Positions 8,823 to 18,465 are shown, counted from the first letter of the stretch. The stretch: DNA of 64,000 bases from Candidatus Obscuribacteraceae bacterium (GCA_044229845.1 JBGASG010000001.1:320001-384000); one strand, 5' to 3'. The notes: generated by a model not told the origin, from the letters alone. Made by a program: numbers and translations.

Positions 8823-11800
8823 TTATTGAGCGACCAGTTGGGTGATGCTGCGCATCAGCGGAATCAACTTGTCGGTTTCTTGACCGTTGCTGACGGTGAC
8901 CAGAATACCGCCGCCAAAGTCGGCGACGACCAGATAACCGAAGCGGCTGCGTGCCACCAGCTGGTGCAGATGGTTGTGTCCCAGTTTCTTCGTCGAGTTC
9001 AAAGTGTTGACGTAGATACCGAGCGACCAGATGCCCACCGATTCCGGGTCGACATCGGACGGCAGGTTGCTGGCGATCAAGATACCGTCGTGTCCGACGA
9101 TCACCGATCCGACAACTCCCGGTTGCGTGGCGATGTGGTTGAGCAGCTTGTTGATTTCATCGGCTGCTTCCAGAGTCAACACGCGCACCTTTGCATCCGG
9201 CAGGTCCGGCGTGGAAGCCAGGTTGCCGAGCTTATTGAAGTCGGAGCTGTCCAGCAAAAATTTGCCGATCTGGGCAATCTTCCCGGAGGTGGGTTCGGCA
9301 GTCTGGTCGTCTTTAGCTAGGCGACCGATGCCTTCCACTTTCGGTACGTCGGGCGCGCTCGCTTGCTCGACTGCGGCTTCGCGCACGGCTTCGACTGCAC
9401 GAGCGACGTTTAGCGGTTGTCCGTCGGCACCCAGTTGAGGAGCCTGCTGTCCACCGCCCATTTCGCCTGAGAATATGGCTTGCATGGCTGATGCTTGCGG
9501 AGCCGCTGCCGGTTGTTGCGACGGCATTCCCCAGCCACCTTGTTGCGGCTGCATTTGGTCCATGGGAGGTTGTCCGGCGGGAGCTGGATTCCAGCCTGGT
9601 TGTGGCGCCGCTTGTTGCGGAGGCAATTGCATAGCTGGTGGTGCCTTTGAGGCACCATTGGCCGGTGGTGCTACCGGAGGCGGTGCTAGTTGCGGAGGCG
9701 CCGGCGGTGCAAGTTGCGGAGGCGCCGGCGGTGCAGCCGGTTGCTGCGGCGGCACATTCCAGCCTGCCTGTTCGGGCGCAGCCAGTTGAGGCGGTGCGTT
9801 CCAGGTCGGCTGCTCGGGCGCAGGCTGCTGCGGCGGTGGCGTCCAGGCGGCGGGCGGTTCGGGCGCCGCTTGTTGTGGTGGCACATTCCAGCCGGCCTGC
9901 TCGGGAGCCGCTTGTTGCGGTATGTTCCATCCAGACTGCTGTTGTTGCTGTTGAGTTTCCGGACCAGGCACGTTCCACGCGGGTTGTTGCTGCACTGGCG
10001 CTGGAGCTGGAGCTGGCTGCTGTTGCTGTATTTGTTGTATCTGCGGCGGTATGTTCCAGCCACCGGTTTGATCGACGTTTGTCGGCATGCCGGCGAACGG
10101 TGGCGGAGCTTGGGGCGGCACCTGCGGTGGTGGCGCCAGCGGAACCGGAGCTGGTGCAGGAGCTTGCTGCGCCAGTGATGCTTGCGACTGCGGCACCATA
10201 CCTTCTAATCCCGGCGGCGGTTGCATCATCGGCGGTGGCGCTGCTGCTGCGGCGGCTGCTGCCTGTTCGGCTTCGAATTCTTCACGACGCACGGCTGAGG
10301 CCGCCAGCGAATCGCGAATGCCGAGATTTTCGGCAAATATACGATCGATGGCCTGGTCGTCGATTCTGCCCAACAGGCCGGCCGGTTCCGGCGTGGCTGC
10401 CGGCGCTGCCATCGGCGCTTGGGGCGGTGCGGCTGCTGCTTGCGGTTGAGCCATGACACCAGGTGCGGCAGTGGCTGCCGCCGGCATCGCGGGCGCAGCA
10501 AATGCGGACGGAGGAGCTGCCACCGGTTGCGCAACTACTGCCGCCGGTGCGGCGTGGATGCCGTCTTTGGTGCTCAGATTCTCGCGAAATACGGTGTTGA
10601 TCGCCTGATTGTCGATATTGCGGTACAGCCCGCCTGCCGGCGGTGCAGCCGGACCGACTGGTGCCTGTGCCACCGCTTGTGATGGCGCATTCCAACCGCC
10701 CTGCTGTATCTGCTGTTCAGCGGCCGGAGCCCAGCCTCCCTGTGCCGATGCGCTGGGAGTTTCCCAGCCGCCGTTCGGTGGTGCTGCCGCAGCGGCTGCT
10801 GCTGCCTGCGCCAGTTGCTCTTGTGAAACCGCGCCGATTTGCTGGGTTTCCCACTGTTGATTGATTGGTGGTGAGCCGGCGGCTGGTTTTGCCGGTGGCT
10901 GATCGCCGCCCCAGTTGTTGCCCTGTGGTGCTCCCCAGGCGGCTGGTTGCATGCCGTTGCCTGGTTGTGGACCAGGCTGCGGTGCCCCCCAGGCTGGTTG
11001 GGCAGATGGGTCTGGTTGCCCTTGCTGGGCAGCCATCTGCTGGCGACGCAATTTTTCTTGTATTGGTAGATCGTCTTCCGGACCGAATGAAGCCGCTCCT
11101 TGATCGGGTGCGTTCCAGCCGCCACCTTGTGGTTGTCCGGGTTGGCCTGCTGCCGGCGCACCCCAGTTGGGCGCTCCCGGTGCCGGCGGTGCTTCCGGCG
11201 GTGGAGTGGAGCCGGGCAGCGGCTGCGTGCCGGCTGCCATACCTTCCAGTCCGTCGCCGAGTATGGTGTGCAGCCGGTCCATGATATTTTCACCCATGGC
11301 GCTCAATTTGGGCTGGGGCTGCTGTCCGGTGTTGTTAGTTACCGGCTGCGGCGCTGCCGGTTGCAGTGGCGTCACATTCGAAGGCAGCGGCGTGACATTT
11401 GACGGCACCGGCGAATCGGCTGCCGACAGTGGTGTCACATTTGGTGGCAGCTGCGGTTGCGGTCGGGAGCCGGCCGCGGCCGGACCCTTGGCGCCGAGAT
11501 TGTCGTCGACGGCGAATACTTGCCACATGCCAGTCTGAATCTGGTCTTCATCGTGCGGATTCCATTCCACCGGTGTGCCCGGTGCCGGCGCGGCCGGCGC
11601 CGGCGGAGGTGGACTTTGAACAGGCATCGGCATTGGTGAATCGCCGCGCAGTATGGTCGTCGGGGCTGAATTGTCAGAGCTTTGCCAGGCCGGTGGAGCT
11701 CCCGTGGCCGGATTACCCCAACCTGCCGGAGTGGTGCCGGCGGCGCCGACATTAGCATCTGGTGCGGTCGGAGCCCAGCCACCGGTGGCCGGCTGTGGCG

Positions 11801-13724
11801 TTCCCCAGGCACCAGGAGCGGTGCCGGCGGCAGCGGCGCCACCATTATCGCCCCAACCGCCGGTCTGCGGTTGCGGCTGGTCCTGACCTGTCCATGATGT
11901 TCCTGCTTGCGGTGTGCCCCAGTTGTTTGCCGGAGCGGCGCCGTCCTGCGCAGTCACACCCCATTCATTAGATGTCGGTTGCGGTGGACCCCAACCACTT
12001 GATGCTGATGCAGGCTGTGCCGACATGTCGGGCGCAGCCGGTTGCGGTGGTTGTGGCTGTGGTGGTGCTGGCTGCTGAGGTTGCTGCTGAGCTTGCTGCG
12101 CGGCGGCCTGTTGCGCGGCCTTATCGCTGGGGTCGTCCCAGGTCGACCCCCAACCTGCCTGAGGCGGTTGTTCATTTGGTGCATCCCAGCTGGATCCCCA
12201 GCCGGCCGGCTTGGCGCCGCCCACATCGGGAGTGCTCCAGTCGCTAGCTCCAGGCCCGGGCTGATTTCCCCAGGCATTCGGTGCGCCCTGCGGTTGTCCC
12301 CAGTTGTTTGGACCGCCGGTGCCGGGAGCGGGCGGATTGTTCCAGTCGGTGGCGCCGGGTGCTGGCGGCTGTCCCCAGACCGGTGCTTGCGGCACTTCGC
12401 TGGGACCGCCGGCAAAATTAGATGTGTTGCCCCACTCCTGAGCGCTCCCAGTGCCCCATGCCGGTGGCGTTCCCGGTGCTGACGGTTGCGGCTGCTGAGC
12501 GCCGCCCCAGTCTGGTGCACCGCTGGTCTGTGGTTGCTGTGGTGCGCCGCCCCAATCCGGAGCGCCGCTGGTGGCAGGCTGCGGTGGTGGTGTCTGCTGA
12601 GCAGCGCCGCCCCAATCGGGAGCGCCGCTGGTGGCAGGTTGTGGCGGCGGTGTCTGTTGAGAGGCGCCGCCCCAATCGGGAGCGCCGCTGGTGGCAGGTT
12701 GTGGCGGAGGTGTTTGCGGAGATGCGCCGCCCCAATCAGGAGCGCCACTGGTGGCAGGTTGTCCCCAGTTCGATGGCGGTTGTGGATTGGCCCAATCCGG
12801 AGGGCTGCCTGGCTGCGGCGCAAAACCACTGGGAGCTGCCGGCTGTTGCCAGGCCGGTGGTCCGCCTGGTTGCTGACCGCCTTGCGGCCAGGCACCTGGT
12901 TGGGGTTGTTCACCCCATGGTGGTATCGTAGATGGTGGCTGTTCGAATCCGCCCGGTTGATTGCCGAATGCGGGTGGTCCGCCGGCACCAGGCATATTCA
13001 TGCCCGGCGGCATGCCGGTCTGCTGACCGGGACCGCCCGGGAAAGTCGGCGGTGGGTAGCCGCCCCCTTGTTCTGGACCGGGCTCCGACATCTGCTCGCC
13101 GATCTTTTTGCGAATCGACTCGGCGAAAGTCATTTCGCGATCAGCTTGCTGGGCATCGCGGTTAGGGATGTCCATGCCGAACTTGGACCCAAGTCCGAAG
13201 CCGGTTTGCGACTGGTCGACTCCGTCATCGGAGACCATCTTAGATATGTTGCGCAGACGCGTGCTGGTGGCACGCATGTCTTCTTCGGCGTCATCGATCT
13301 TGGCAGGACCGCTGCGGCGAACGTGAGGGAAAGCACTGTTTTTATCGGCATCTTTGCCGGTTGGTCCAGCAGCAGCTGGTGCGCCGGCCGGTGCTTTTTC
13401 TTTGCCGCGCTGCGAGGGACGCTCGCGTTTAGCACCACCGCCGGCCGTGCCGCCGAACATATTTTTGATACCATCCATGAAACCAGGCTTGTCCTGCGGC
13501 AATTCCTGCATGACGCGCCGGGCCAGAGCTTCCAAATTCCCGGGTAAGCATTCCTCGGGAAGTGGAACTTCCGGTGCCGACTGAACTACCTGGTCGATCT
13601 GATGCCGAAAACGCTCGCAACTGTCGCAAGCGTCCAGGTGGGACATCAGCATTTGTTCTTCTTGTGGTTCGAGCTGTCCGTCGAACCACTGTTGAATTAG
13701 AAATCGAAAACGACTGCAATTCAT
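8823..13724 (-). CDS. Giant zf-HC2 anti-sigma / W-G-P-Q-rich disordered region / Roadblock(MglB-like) fusion protein
   Basis: N-term MNC...WFDGQL...HLDACDSC (HxxxCxxC ZAS motif); long low-complexity middle; C-terminal ~115-aa Roadblock/LC7 signature (GVVGSVIVGHDGILIASNL). No obvious TM helix. Confidence 0.85.
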   Translation of the reverse strand: MNCSRFRFLIQQWFDGQLEPQEEQMLMSHLDACDSCERFRHQIDQVVQSAPEVPLPEECLPGNLEALARRVMQELPQDKPGFMDGIKNMFGGTAGGGAKRERPSQRGKEKAPAGAPAAAGPTGKDADKNSAFPHVRRSGPAKIDDAEEDMRATSTRLRNISKMVSDDGVDQSQTGFGLGSKFGMDIPNRDAQQADREMTFAESIRKKIGEQMSEPGPEQGGGYPPPTFPGGPGQQTGMPPGMNMPGAGGPPAFGNQPGGFEQPPSTIPPWGEQPQPGAWPQGGQQPGGPPAWQQPAAPSGFAPQPGSPPDWANPQPPSNWGQPATSGAPDWGGASPQTPPPQPATSGAPDWGGASQQTPPPQPATSGAPDWGGAAQQTPPPQPATSGAPDWGGAPQQPQTSGAPDWGGAQQPQPSAPGTPPAWGTGSAQEWGNTSNFAGGPSEVPQAPVWGQPPAPGATDWNNPPAPGTGGPNNWGQPQGAPNAWGNQPGPGASDWSTPDVGGAKPAGWGSSWDAPNEQPPQAGWGSTWDDPSDKAAQQAAAQQAQQQPQQPAPPQPQPPQPAAPDMSAQPASASSGWGPPQPTSNEWGVTAQDGAAPANNWGTPQAGTSWTGQDQPQPQTGGWGDNGGAAAAGTAPGAWGTPQPATGGWAPTAPDANVGAAGTTPAGWGNPATGAPPAWQSSDNSAPTTILRGDSPMPMPVQSPPPPAPAAPAPGTPVEWNPHDEDQIQTGMWQVFAVDDNLGAKGPAAAGSRPQPQLPPNVTPLSAADSPVPSNVTPLPSNVTPLQPAAPQPVTNNTGQQPQPKLSAMGENIMDRLHTILGDGLEGMAAGTQPLPGSTPPPEAPPAPGAPNWGAPAAGQPGQPQGGGWNAPDQGAASFGPEDDLPIQEKLRRQQMAAQQGQPDPSAQPAWGAPQPGPQPGNGMQPAAWGAPQGNNWGGDQPPAKPAAGSPPINQQWETQQIGAVSQEQLAQAAAAAAAAPPNGGWETPSASAQGGWAPAAEQQIQQGGWNAPSQAVAQAPVGPAAPPAGGLYRNIDNQAINTVFRENLSTKDGIHAAPAAVVAQPVAAPPSAFAAPAMPAAATAAPGVMAQPQAAAAPPQAPMAAPAATPEPAGLLGRIDDQAIDRIFAENLGIRDSLAASAVRREEFEAEQAAAAAAAAPPPMMQPPPGLEGMVPQSQASLAQQAPAPAPVPLAPPPQVPPQAPPPFAGMPTNVDQTGGWNIPPQIQQIQQQQPAPAPAPVQQQPAWNVPGPETQQQQQQSGWNIPQQAAPEQAGWNVPPQQAAPEPPAAWTPPPQQPAPEQPTWNAPPQLAAPEQAGWNVPPQQPAAPPAPPQLAPPAPPQLAPPPVAPPANGASKAPPAMQLPPQQAAPQPGWNPAPAGQPPMDQMQPQQGGWGMPSQQPAAAPQASAMQAIFSGEMGGGQQAPQLGADGQPLNVARAVEAVREAAVEQASAPDVPKVEGIGRLAKDDQTAEPTSGKIAQIGKFLLDSSDFNKLGNLASTPDLPDAKVRVLTLEAADEINKLLNHIATQPGVVGSVIVGHDGILIASNLPSDVDPESVGIWSLGIYVNTLNSTKKLGHNHLHQLVARSRFGYLVVADFGGGILVTVSNGQETDKLIPLMRSITQLVAQ
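12499..12761 (-). repeat. Intragenic 60-bp tandem repeat (QPATSGAPDWGGAxxQTPPP, ~3.6 copies plus one shorter copy)
   Basis: Near-identical consecutive 60-nt lines at 12541, 12601, 12661 and 12721. Confidence 0.9.
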
Positions 13725-13742
13725 GTGAGTGCCTCTATGCCT

Positions 13743-14318
13743 TTAACCCCGCCCCAGACATTTGATTACCTGCACTCGGGAACGGTGCAGCCAGGCCATC
13801 ACGTTATCTGGATTTTGATTGAGTACGTCGACAACTTGATCGAATGAGAGCCCGAGCTGGTGCCGAAGCACGAAAGCTCGTTTTTGCTCGTCACTGAGCG
13901 AGTTGATGCAACGCTTAACGCGTTGCGTGCCGAGGATTACCGTTGTTTCCCAGTCCATCTGGGCAGACCCGTCGGCAGTCGGATCTGTCTGTGGTGAGCG
14001 CGGGGGAGGCGCAGAATTATTTTGATGATATTCGACGATGGCGTCGACGATGTAATCAGAAAGCCAGTCCCAAACGGCTTTGCCGCTCAGCTGCTTGACG
14101 TTCATAGATCGCAATGCAGAGCATGCATTGCCGAAAGCTGCGATGGTAAGTTGAGAAGCCAGCTCGGTGTCGCCTGTCGAAATCAGTGCGATAGCGTAGA
14201 AGCGTTCCTGGTTTTGCCAGACGAATTCTCCCAGTGCCTGCTTGTTGCCCTTTTTGACTTCGAGCAAAATATTGGCTGCTGCTACGTCGGATATGTTTTT
14301 CGATGGTAAGAGAGGCAT
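13743..14318 (-). CDS. ECF-family sigma-70 factor (divergent)
   Basis: KKGNKQALGEFVWQNQERFYAIA (region 2); INSLSDEQKRAFVLRHQLGLSFDQVVDVLNQNPDNVMAWLHRSR (region 4). Immediately upstream of a ZAS anti-sigma. Confidence 0.8.
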   Translation of the reverse strand: MPLLPSKNISDVAAANILLEVKKGNKQALGEFVWQNQERFYAIALISTGDTELASQLTIAAFGNACSALRSMNVKQLSGKAVWDWLSDYIVDAIVEYHQNNSAPPPRSPQTDPTADGSAQMDWETTVILGTQRVKRCINSLSDEQKRAFVLRHQLGLSFDQVVDVLNQNPDNVMAWLHRSRVQVIKCLGRG

Positions 14319-14554
14319 CTTTTATCGCCGATAAAAAAGAGATTTGAAAAGGGTGGGTGTGCCCCAAACAGAAGAGCTGGCACGCCAAGCCAGCACGCAC
14401 GAGGACCTCTAAAGTTTACATAAAACCGCCAAAAACGTCACCCAGGGACAGTTGTTTTGCTCCGTCACAATCCTCCGCTCCGCGTGAGCAAAGCCGGTAC
14501 CATTTAAAACGAGTTTCCCAAAAGACAGCCGAGACGGCTCTACGCTCCATACTT

Positions 14555-15355
14555 ATGCCCAAAAAACCCAACTTTATCTTGGAAGTAACAATTCGCGTGT
14601 CGGAAGCTTATACTCTCGACACAGTCGCCCGCTCACCGCGCATGTTCAAGCCCAAAGATGTCTTGAACGCCTGTGACAACCTGTGTGTGGAGTTAAAATC
14701 CGGGCCGGCGCCGCAATTTATTCAGCCATTCGCTGAGTGGATATTGCGCGACTATTTCGCGCTGGCTCATCGCACTGGTCTATACAATCGGCAAAAGAGC
14801 CTCTGGGAGTCTATTTCCAAAATCGCACGGGTGGAGATTTCGCAAAAAACTGTTGGCATCTTCAAGCGCGAACCGGTGCCGATTTATGAGTTCATATTTC
14901 AGGACACCAAGCAAAAACCGCTGATTTTTGGACTGGTTGTGGCGGGAGATCCCCGCCCCGGCGAACCGATATCGGACAAGAGCGATTTCGTCGGCGTATT
15001 CAAGAACTTTCTGGCTGATTCGCGGCGAATGACCACAATCACCGGAATGTTTGTCTGCTTTGCAATCGAGCCGTTGCCGGAGGCCGTTCTCAAGTTTCTC
15101 AAGAAGCAGACCGATTCCGCACATCCTGTCGGGCGGTACGAGGCGCTGATCGAAGGCTACGCCGGGCCGGTCAACCTGGTGTCTTGCCGGCTGCCTGCCG
15201 GAACCCGTGATGAGCTGCCGCAATTGGATATGTCACCGCAGTCGCATCCGGAAGAGACAGATGCAGTCGAAAACGAGCCGCCGAAAGCCGAGCCCATCGA
15301 GTTCGAGCTGATTTACCCCGACCTTTCTCGCAAACCTGCCGGACTTACCTTGTAA
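14555..15355 (+). CDS. Hypothetical protein
   Basis: Long ORF (open from 14357) filling the gap, with globular composition. Start uncertain (14555 or 14642). Confidence 0.65.
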   Translation: MPKKPNFILEVTIRVSEAYTLDTVARSPRMFKPKDVLNACDNLCVELKSGPAPQFIQPFAEWILRDYFALAHRTGLYNRQKSLWESISKIARVEISQKTVGIFKREPVPIYEFIFQDTKQKPLIFGLVVAGDPRPGEPISDKSDFVGVFKNFLADSRRMTTITGMFVCFAIEPLPEAVLKFLKKQTDSAHPVGRYEALIEGYAGPVNLVSCRLPAGTRDELPQLDMSPQSHPEETDAVENEPPKAEPIEFELIYPDLSRKPAGLTL

Positions 15356-15366
15356 TAGGCAGTGCC

Positions 15367-16923
15367 TTAAAGCGGAATGTTGCCGTGCTTACGTGCCGGG
15401 CGTTCGATGCGCTTGTTTTGCTGGACGTCAAGAAAGGCTGATAAAACAGAGCGCGTTTCACTGGGCATGATGACGTCATCGATGTAGCCGCGCTCGGCTG
15501 CCACATACGGATTGGCGAAGCGTTCGCGGTATTCCTGCACCAGCTGTTTGGCGCGGTCGGCTCCGCCTTCACCGGCGATCTCTTTGCGGTACAGCAGATT
15601 GACTGCGCCATCGGCGCCCATCACCGCTACTTCAGCGGTCGGCCAGGCGAGGTTCAGGTCGCCGCCGACATTTTTCGAACCCATGACGTCGAAGGCCCCG
15701 CCGTAAGCTTTGCGGGTAATGACCGTGAGTTTCGGCACACTAGCTTCGCAATATGCGTACAGGAGTTTGGCGCCGTGCCGAATGATGCCTGCATGCTCCT
15801 GATTCTTACCGGGCAGATACCCGGGAACATCAACGAACGTGACGATCGGAATATTGAAGGCATCGCAAAAGCGAATGAACCGTGCTCCTTTGGAAGATGC
15901 ATCGATGTCCAGCACGCCGGCCAGCCACTTAGGTTGATTGGCGACAACCCCTACGGTGTGCCCTTTCAGACGCGCGAAGCCGGTGACGATGTTGCGTGCC
16001 CAATAAGGTGCAATCTCGAAAAAGTCACCGTTGTCGAAAACACGTGCCACCACATCGTGCATATCGTAAGGTTTCGCCGAATCGGCGGGCACCAGCGTGT
16101 TCAGTCCTTCGATATCAGCGGGACGGGAGCTCTCTTCGTCGCACACCACATGCGGTGGCGTCTCCAGATTGTTGGACGGCAAGTACGAGAGCAATGTTCG
16201 CACCATCCAGAAAGAATCTTCCTCATCTTCGGCCAGTAGTTGCGCGACGCCGCTCTTCTCGTTGTGGACGACTGCTCCACCAAGTTCTTCGAAAGTCACT
16301 TCTTCACCGGTTACCGTCTTGACGATCTCAGGTCCGGTAATGAACATGTAGCTGTGTCCTTTCACCATGACCGTGAAGTCGGTGACGGCCGGACTGTATA
16401 CGGCACCGCCCGCACACGGTCCATAAATGACCGAGATCTGCGGGATGACACCGGAGCACCAGACATTGCGATAGAAGATATCCGCGTAGCCGGCCAAACT
16501 GCTGACACCTTCTTGAATGCGCGCGCCGGCGCTTTCGTTGAGACCGATTACCGGGCAGCCGGCTTGTTTTGCCAGATCCATGACTTTGCAGACCTTGCGG
16601 GCGAAAACCTCACCGAGCGAGCCGCCCAGATAGGTGGCGTCGTGCGCAAAGAGGTAGACCGGCCGCCCGTCTATGAGTGCCTGTCCGGTGACGACGCCAT
16701 CGCCGTCAATCTTCTTTTCCTCCAGCCCAAAGTCGTTGCAGTTATGCAAGGCATAACGGTCCAGCTCGATAAATGAATCAGGATCGACGAGTTGCTCGAT
16801 GCGCTCGCGGGCAAGCAGCATGCCGCGCTCGGCGCGCTTGGCTCGCGTGGCTTCGTTGACGGCCAGAGCTTTCTGTCGGCGTCCAACCAGTTGCGCATTC
16901 GGATTCAATTTCGTTATCTCCAT
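15367..16923 (-). CDS. pccB: Acyl-CoA carboxylase carboxyltransferase beta subunit (PccB/MmdA family)
   Basis: GDGVVTG, ESAGARIQEG, GPCAGGAVYSPA, FVDVPGYLPG and C-terminal RKHGNIPL. Confidence 0.9.
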   Translation of the reverse strand: MEITKLNPNAQLVGRRQKALAVNEATRAKRAERGMLLARERIEQLVDPDSFIELDRYALHNCNDFGLEEKKIDGDGVVTGQALIDGRPVYLFAHDATYLGGSLGEVFARKVCKVMDLAKQAGCPVIGLNESAGARIQEGVSSLAGYADIFYRNVWCSGVIPQISVIYGPCAGGAVYSPAVTDFTVMVKGHSYMFITGPEIVKTVTGEEVTFEELGGAVVHNEKSGVAQLLAEDEEDSFWMVRTLLSYLPSNNLETPPHVVCDEESSRPADIEGLNTLVPADSAKPYDMHDVVARVFDNGDFFEIAPYWARNIVTGFARLKGHTVGVVANQPKWLAGVLDIDASSKGARFIRFCDAFNIPIVTFVDVPGYLPGKNQEHAGIIRHGAKLLYAYCEASVPKLTVITRKAYGGAFDVMGSKNVGGDLNLAWPTAEVAVMGADGAVNLLYRKEIAGEGGADRAKQLVQEYRERFANPYVAAERGYIDDVIMPSETRSVLSAFLDVQQNKRIERPARKHGNIPL

Positions 16924-16939
16924 AAAATTTGTCCGTTGG

Positions 16940-18319
16940 TTATAGAAGCATGTGCAGGCACGAGTAAACGATGCTCAAGTAGATGGTGACAGTGCACACA
17001 TCCAGCAAGCTGGTGATCAGTGGTCCGCTGGCGTGCGCCGCTTCAATGCCCATGCGTTCGAAGACCATCGGCACCAGCGTGCCGACAATCACTCCGAACG
17101 ACATTGTGACGAAGAGAGAGCCTGCCACAACCATGCCCAACTTCAGGTTGGCCGAGTTAAAAATGCAGGTGACCAGGAATGTGATCAGTCCGCAAGCTAT
17201 TCCCAGCAAAGCGCCTACGCGCAGCTCGTGAAACAGTTTGCGCGAAATGTGCTTCCAGCTCATGTGCTTCTTGCCTTCCATGATGGCGATGCAGGTGCTC
17301 TGCATGGCGACACTGCCGGTGGCACTATTCAAAAGCGGCATGAAAGCCAGAGCAATCACAGCCTGCTGCACGATGTGCTCGAAGCTGGTGATCACAGCGG
17401 CACTGCCCGACTCGATGGCCAGTGTGACGATCAGCCAGGGGACGCGCGCACGAAACGCTTGCCTGACGCTCGATCGCAGGGAGTCACCTGATTCACCGGA
17501 TGTGGTGTCAATACCGGATGCCTGCAGAATGTCTTCTTCGGCTTCTTCTTGCATGACGTCGAAGGCGTCGTCGGTGGTGATGATACCGCGCAATTTGCCG
17601 CTAGCGTCGACGACGGGCAGGGCCAGCAAGTCGTAGCGGATCATCTTCTCGACCGCTTCTTCCTGGTCTGTGTCGGTGGTCACGTAGATGACGGTGGTGT
17701 CCATCAGCGATTCCACAATGGCGTTTTGCGGTGCATTCAACAGATCTCTCACCGACACCATTCCAACCAGCATCTCATCGTCATCGACGACAAACAGGTC
17801 GTACACCTCGTCTTCCGAGTAGGTGACGGTTTGAGTAAACTCTTTAAGAGCCTCTTGAGCAGTAGCTTTGCTGTTCACCGACACCAGATCGGTGGACATG
17901 ATGCCGCCTGCCGAATCGTCCTTGAACGACATCAGTTCGTAAAGGTCGCCGGCAGCCTGGTCGTCCGTCATCTTGGTCAAGATGGCAGTCACCTTTTCTT
18001 TGGGCAGCTCAGCCAGAAGGTCGGCGGCATCGTCCGGTTCCATCTTGGCGATAATCGGCACCACGCCGATGTCGCCCAGCTCTCTCAGCAAATTTTTCTG
18101 GCTCTCGCCGTCCAGTTCGGACAGCACGGCTGAGGCATGATCGAGATCAAGCAGGCGGAAGCAGGCAAGGCGCTGAGCGATCTTCAGCTCCTGCAGCCAT
18201 TCTGCCAGGTCTGCCGGGTGCTGTTCGTTGATCACCATGCGCAACTGCTGCTTGTCCCCCGTGTCAATGAGGGAGGACAGGTAGCCAGCATCGATCGCTA
18301 CTACGTTTTCGATGTCCAT
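16940..18319 (-). CDS. mgtE: Magnesium transporter MgtE
   Basis: HPADLAE N-domain, CBS pair (SAGGIMST, LPVVD), RARVPWL, GPLITSLLD. Confidence 0.92.
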   Translation of the reverse strand: MDIENVVAIDAGYLSSLIDTGDKQQLRMVINEQHPADLAEWLQELKIAQRLACFRLLDLDHASAVLSELDGESQKNLLRELGDIGVVPIIAKMEPDDAADLLAELPKEKVTAILTKMTDDQAAGDLYELMSFKDDSAGGIMSTDLVSVNSKATAQEALKEFTQTVTYSEDEVYDLFVVDDDEMLVGMVSVRDLLNAPQNAIVESLMDTTVIYVTTDTDQEEAVEKMIRYDLLALPVVDASGKLRGIITTDDAFDVMQEEAEEDILQASGIDTTSGESGDSLRSSVRQAFRARVPWLIVTLAIESGSAAVITSFEHIVQQAVIALAFMPLLNSATGSVAMQSTCIAIMEGKKHMSWKHISRKLFHELRVGALLGIACGLITFLVTCIFNSANLKLGMVVAGSLFVTMSFGVIVGTLVPMVFERMGIEAAHASGPLITSLLDVCTVTIYLSIVYSCLHMLL

Positions 18320-18465
18320 GAGAATTGCGCGCTCGAACCAAAACCAGGGACGATTTTGAGCATCGTCCCAATCAAATTTATGATAACCGCTTCCCTGACC
18401 AACTTTCGATTAGCTGCATGTCATACAGACGCGCGCCATCGGCAGTTTTTACTGGAACCGTTGTT

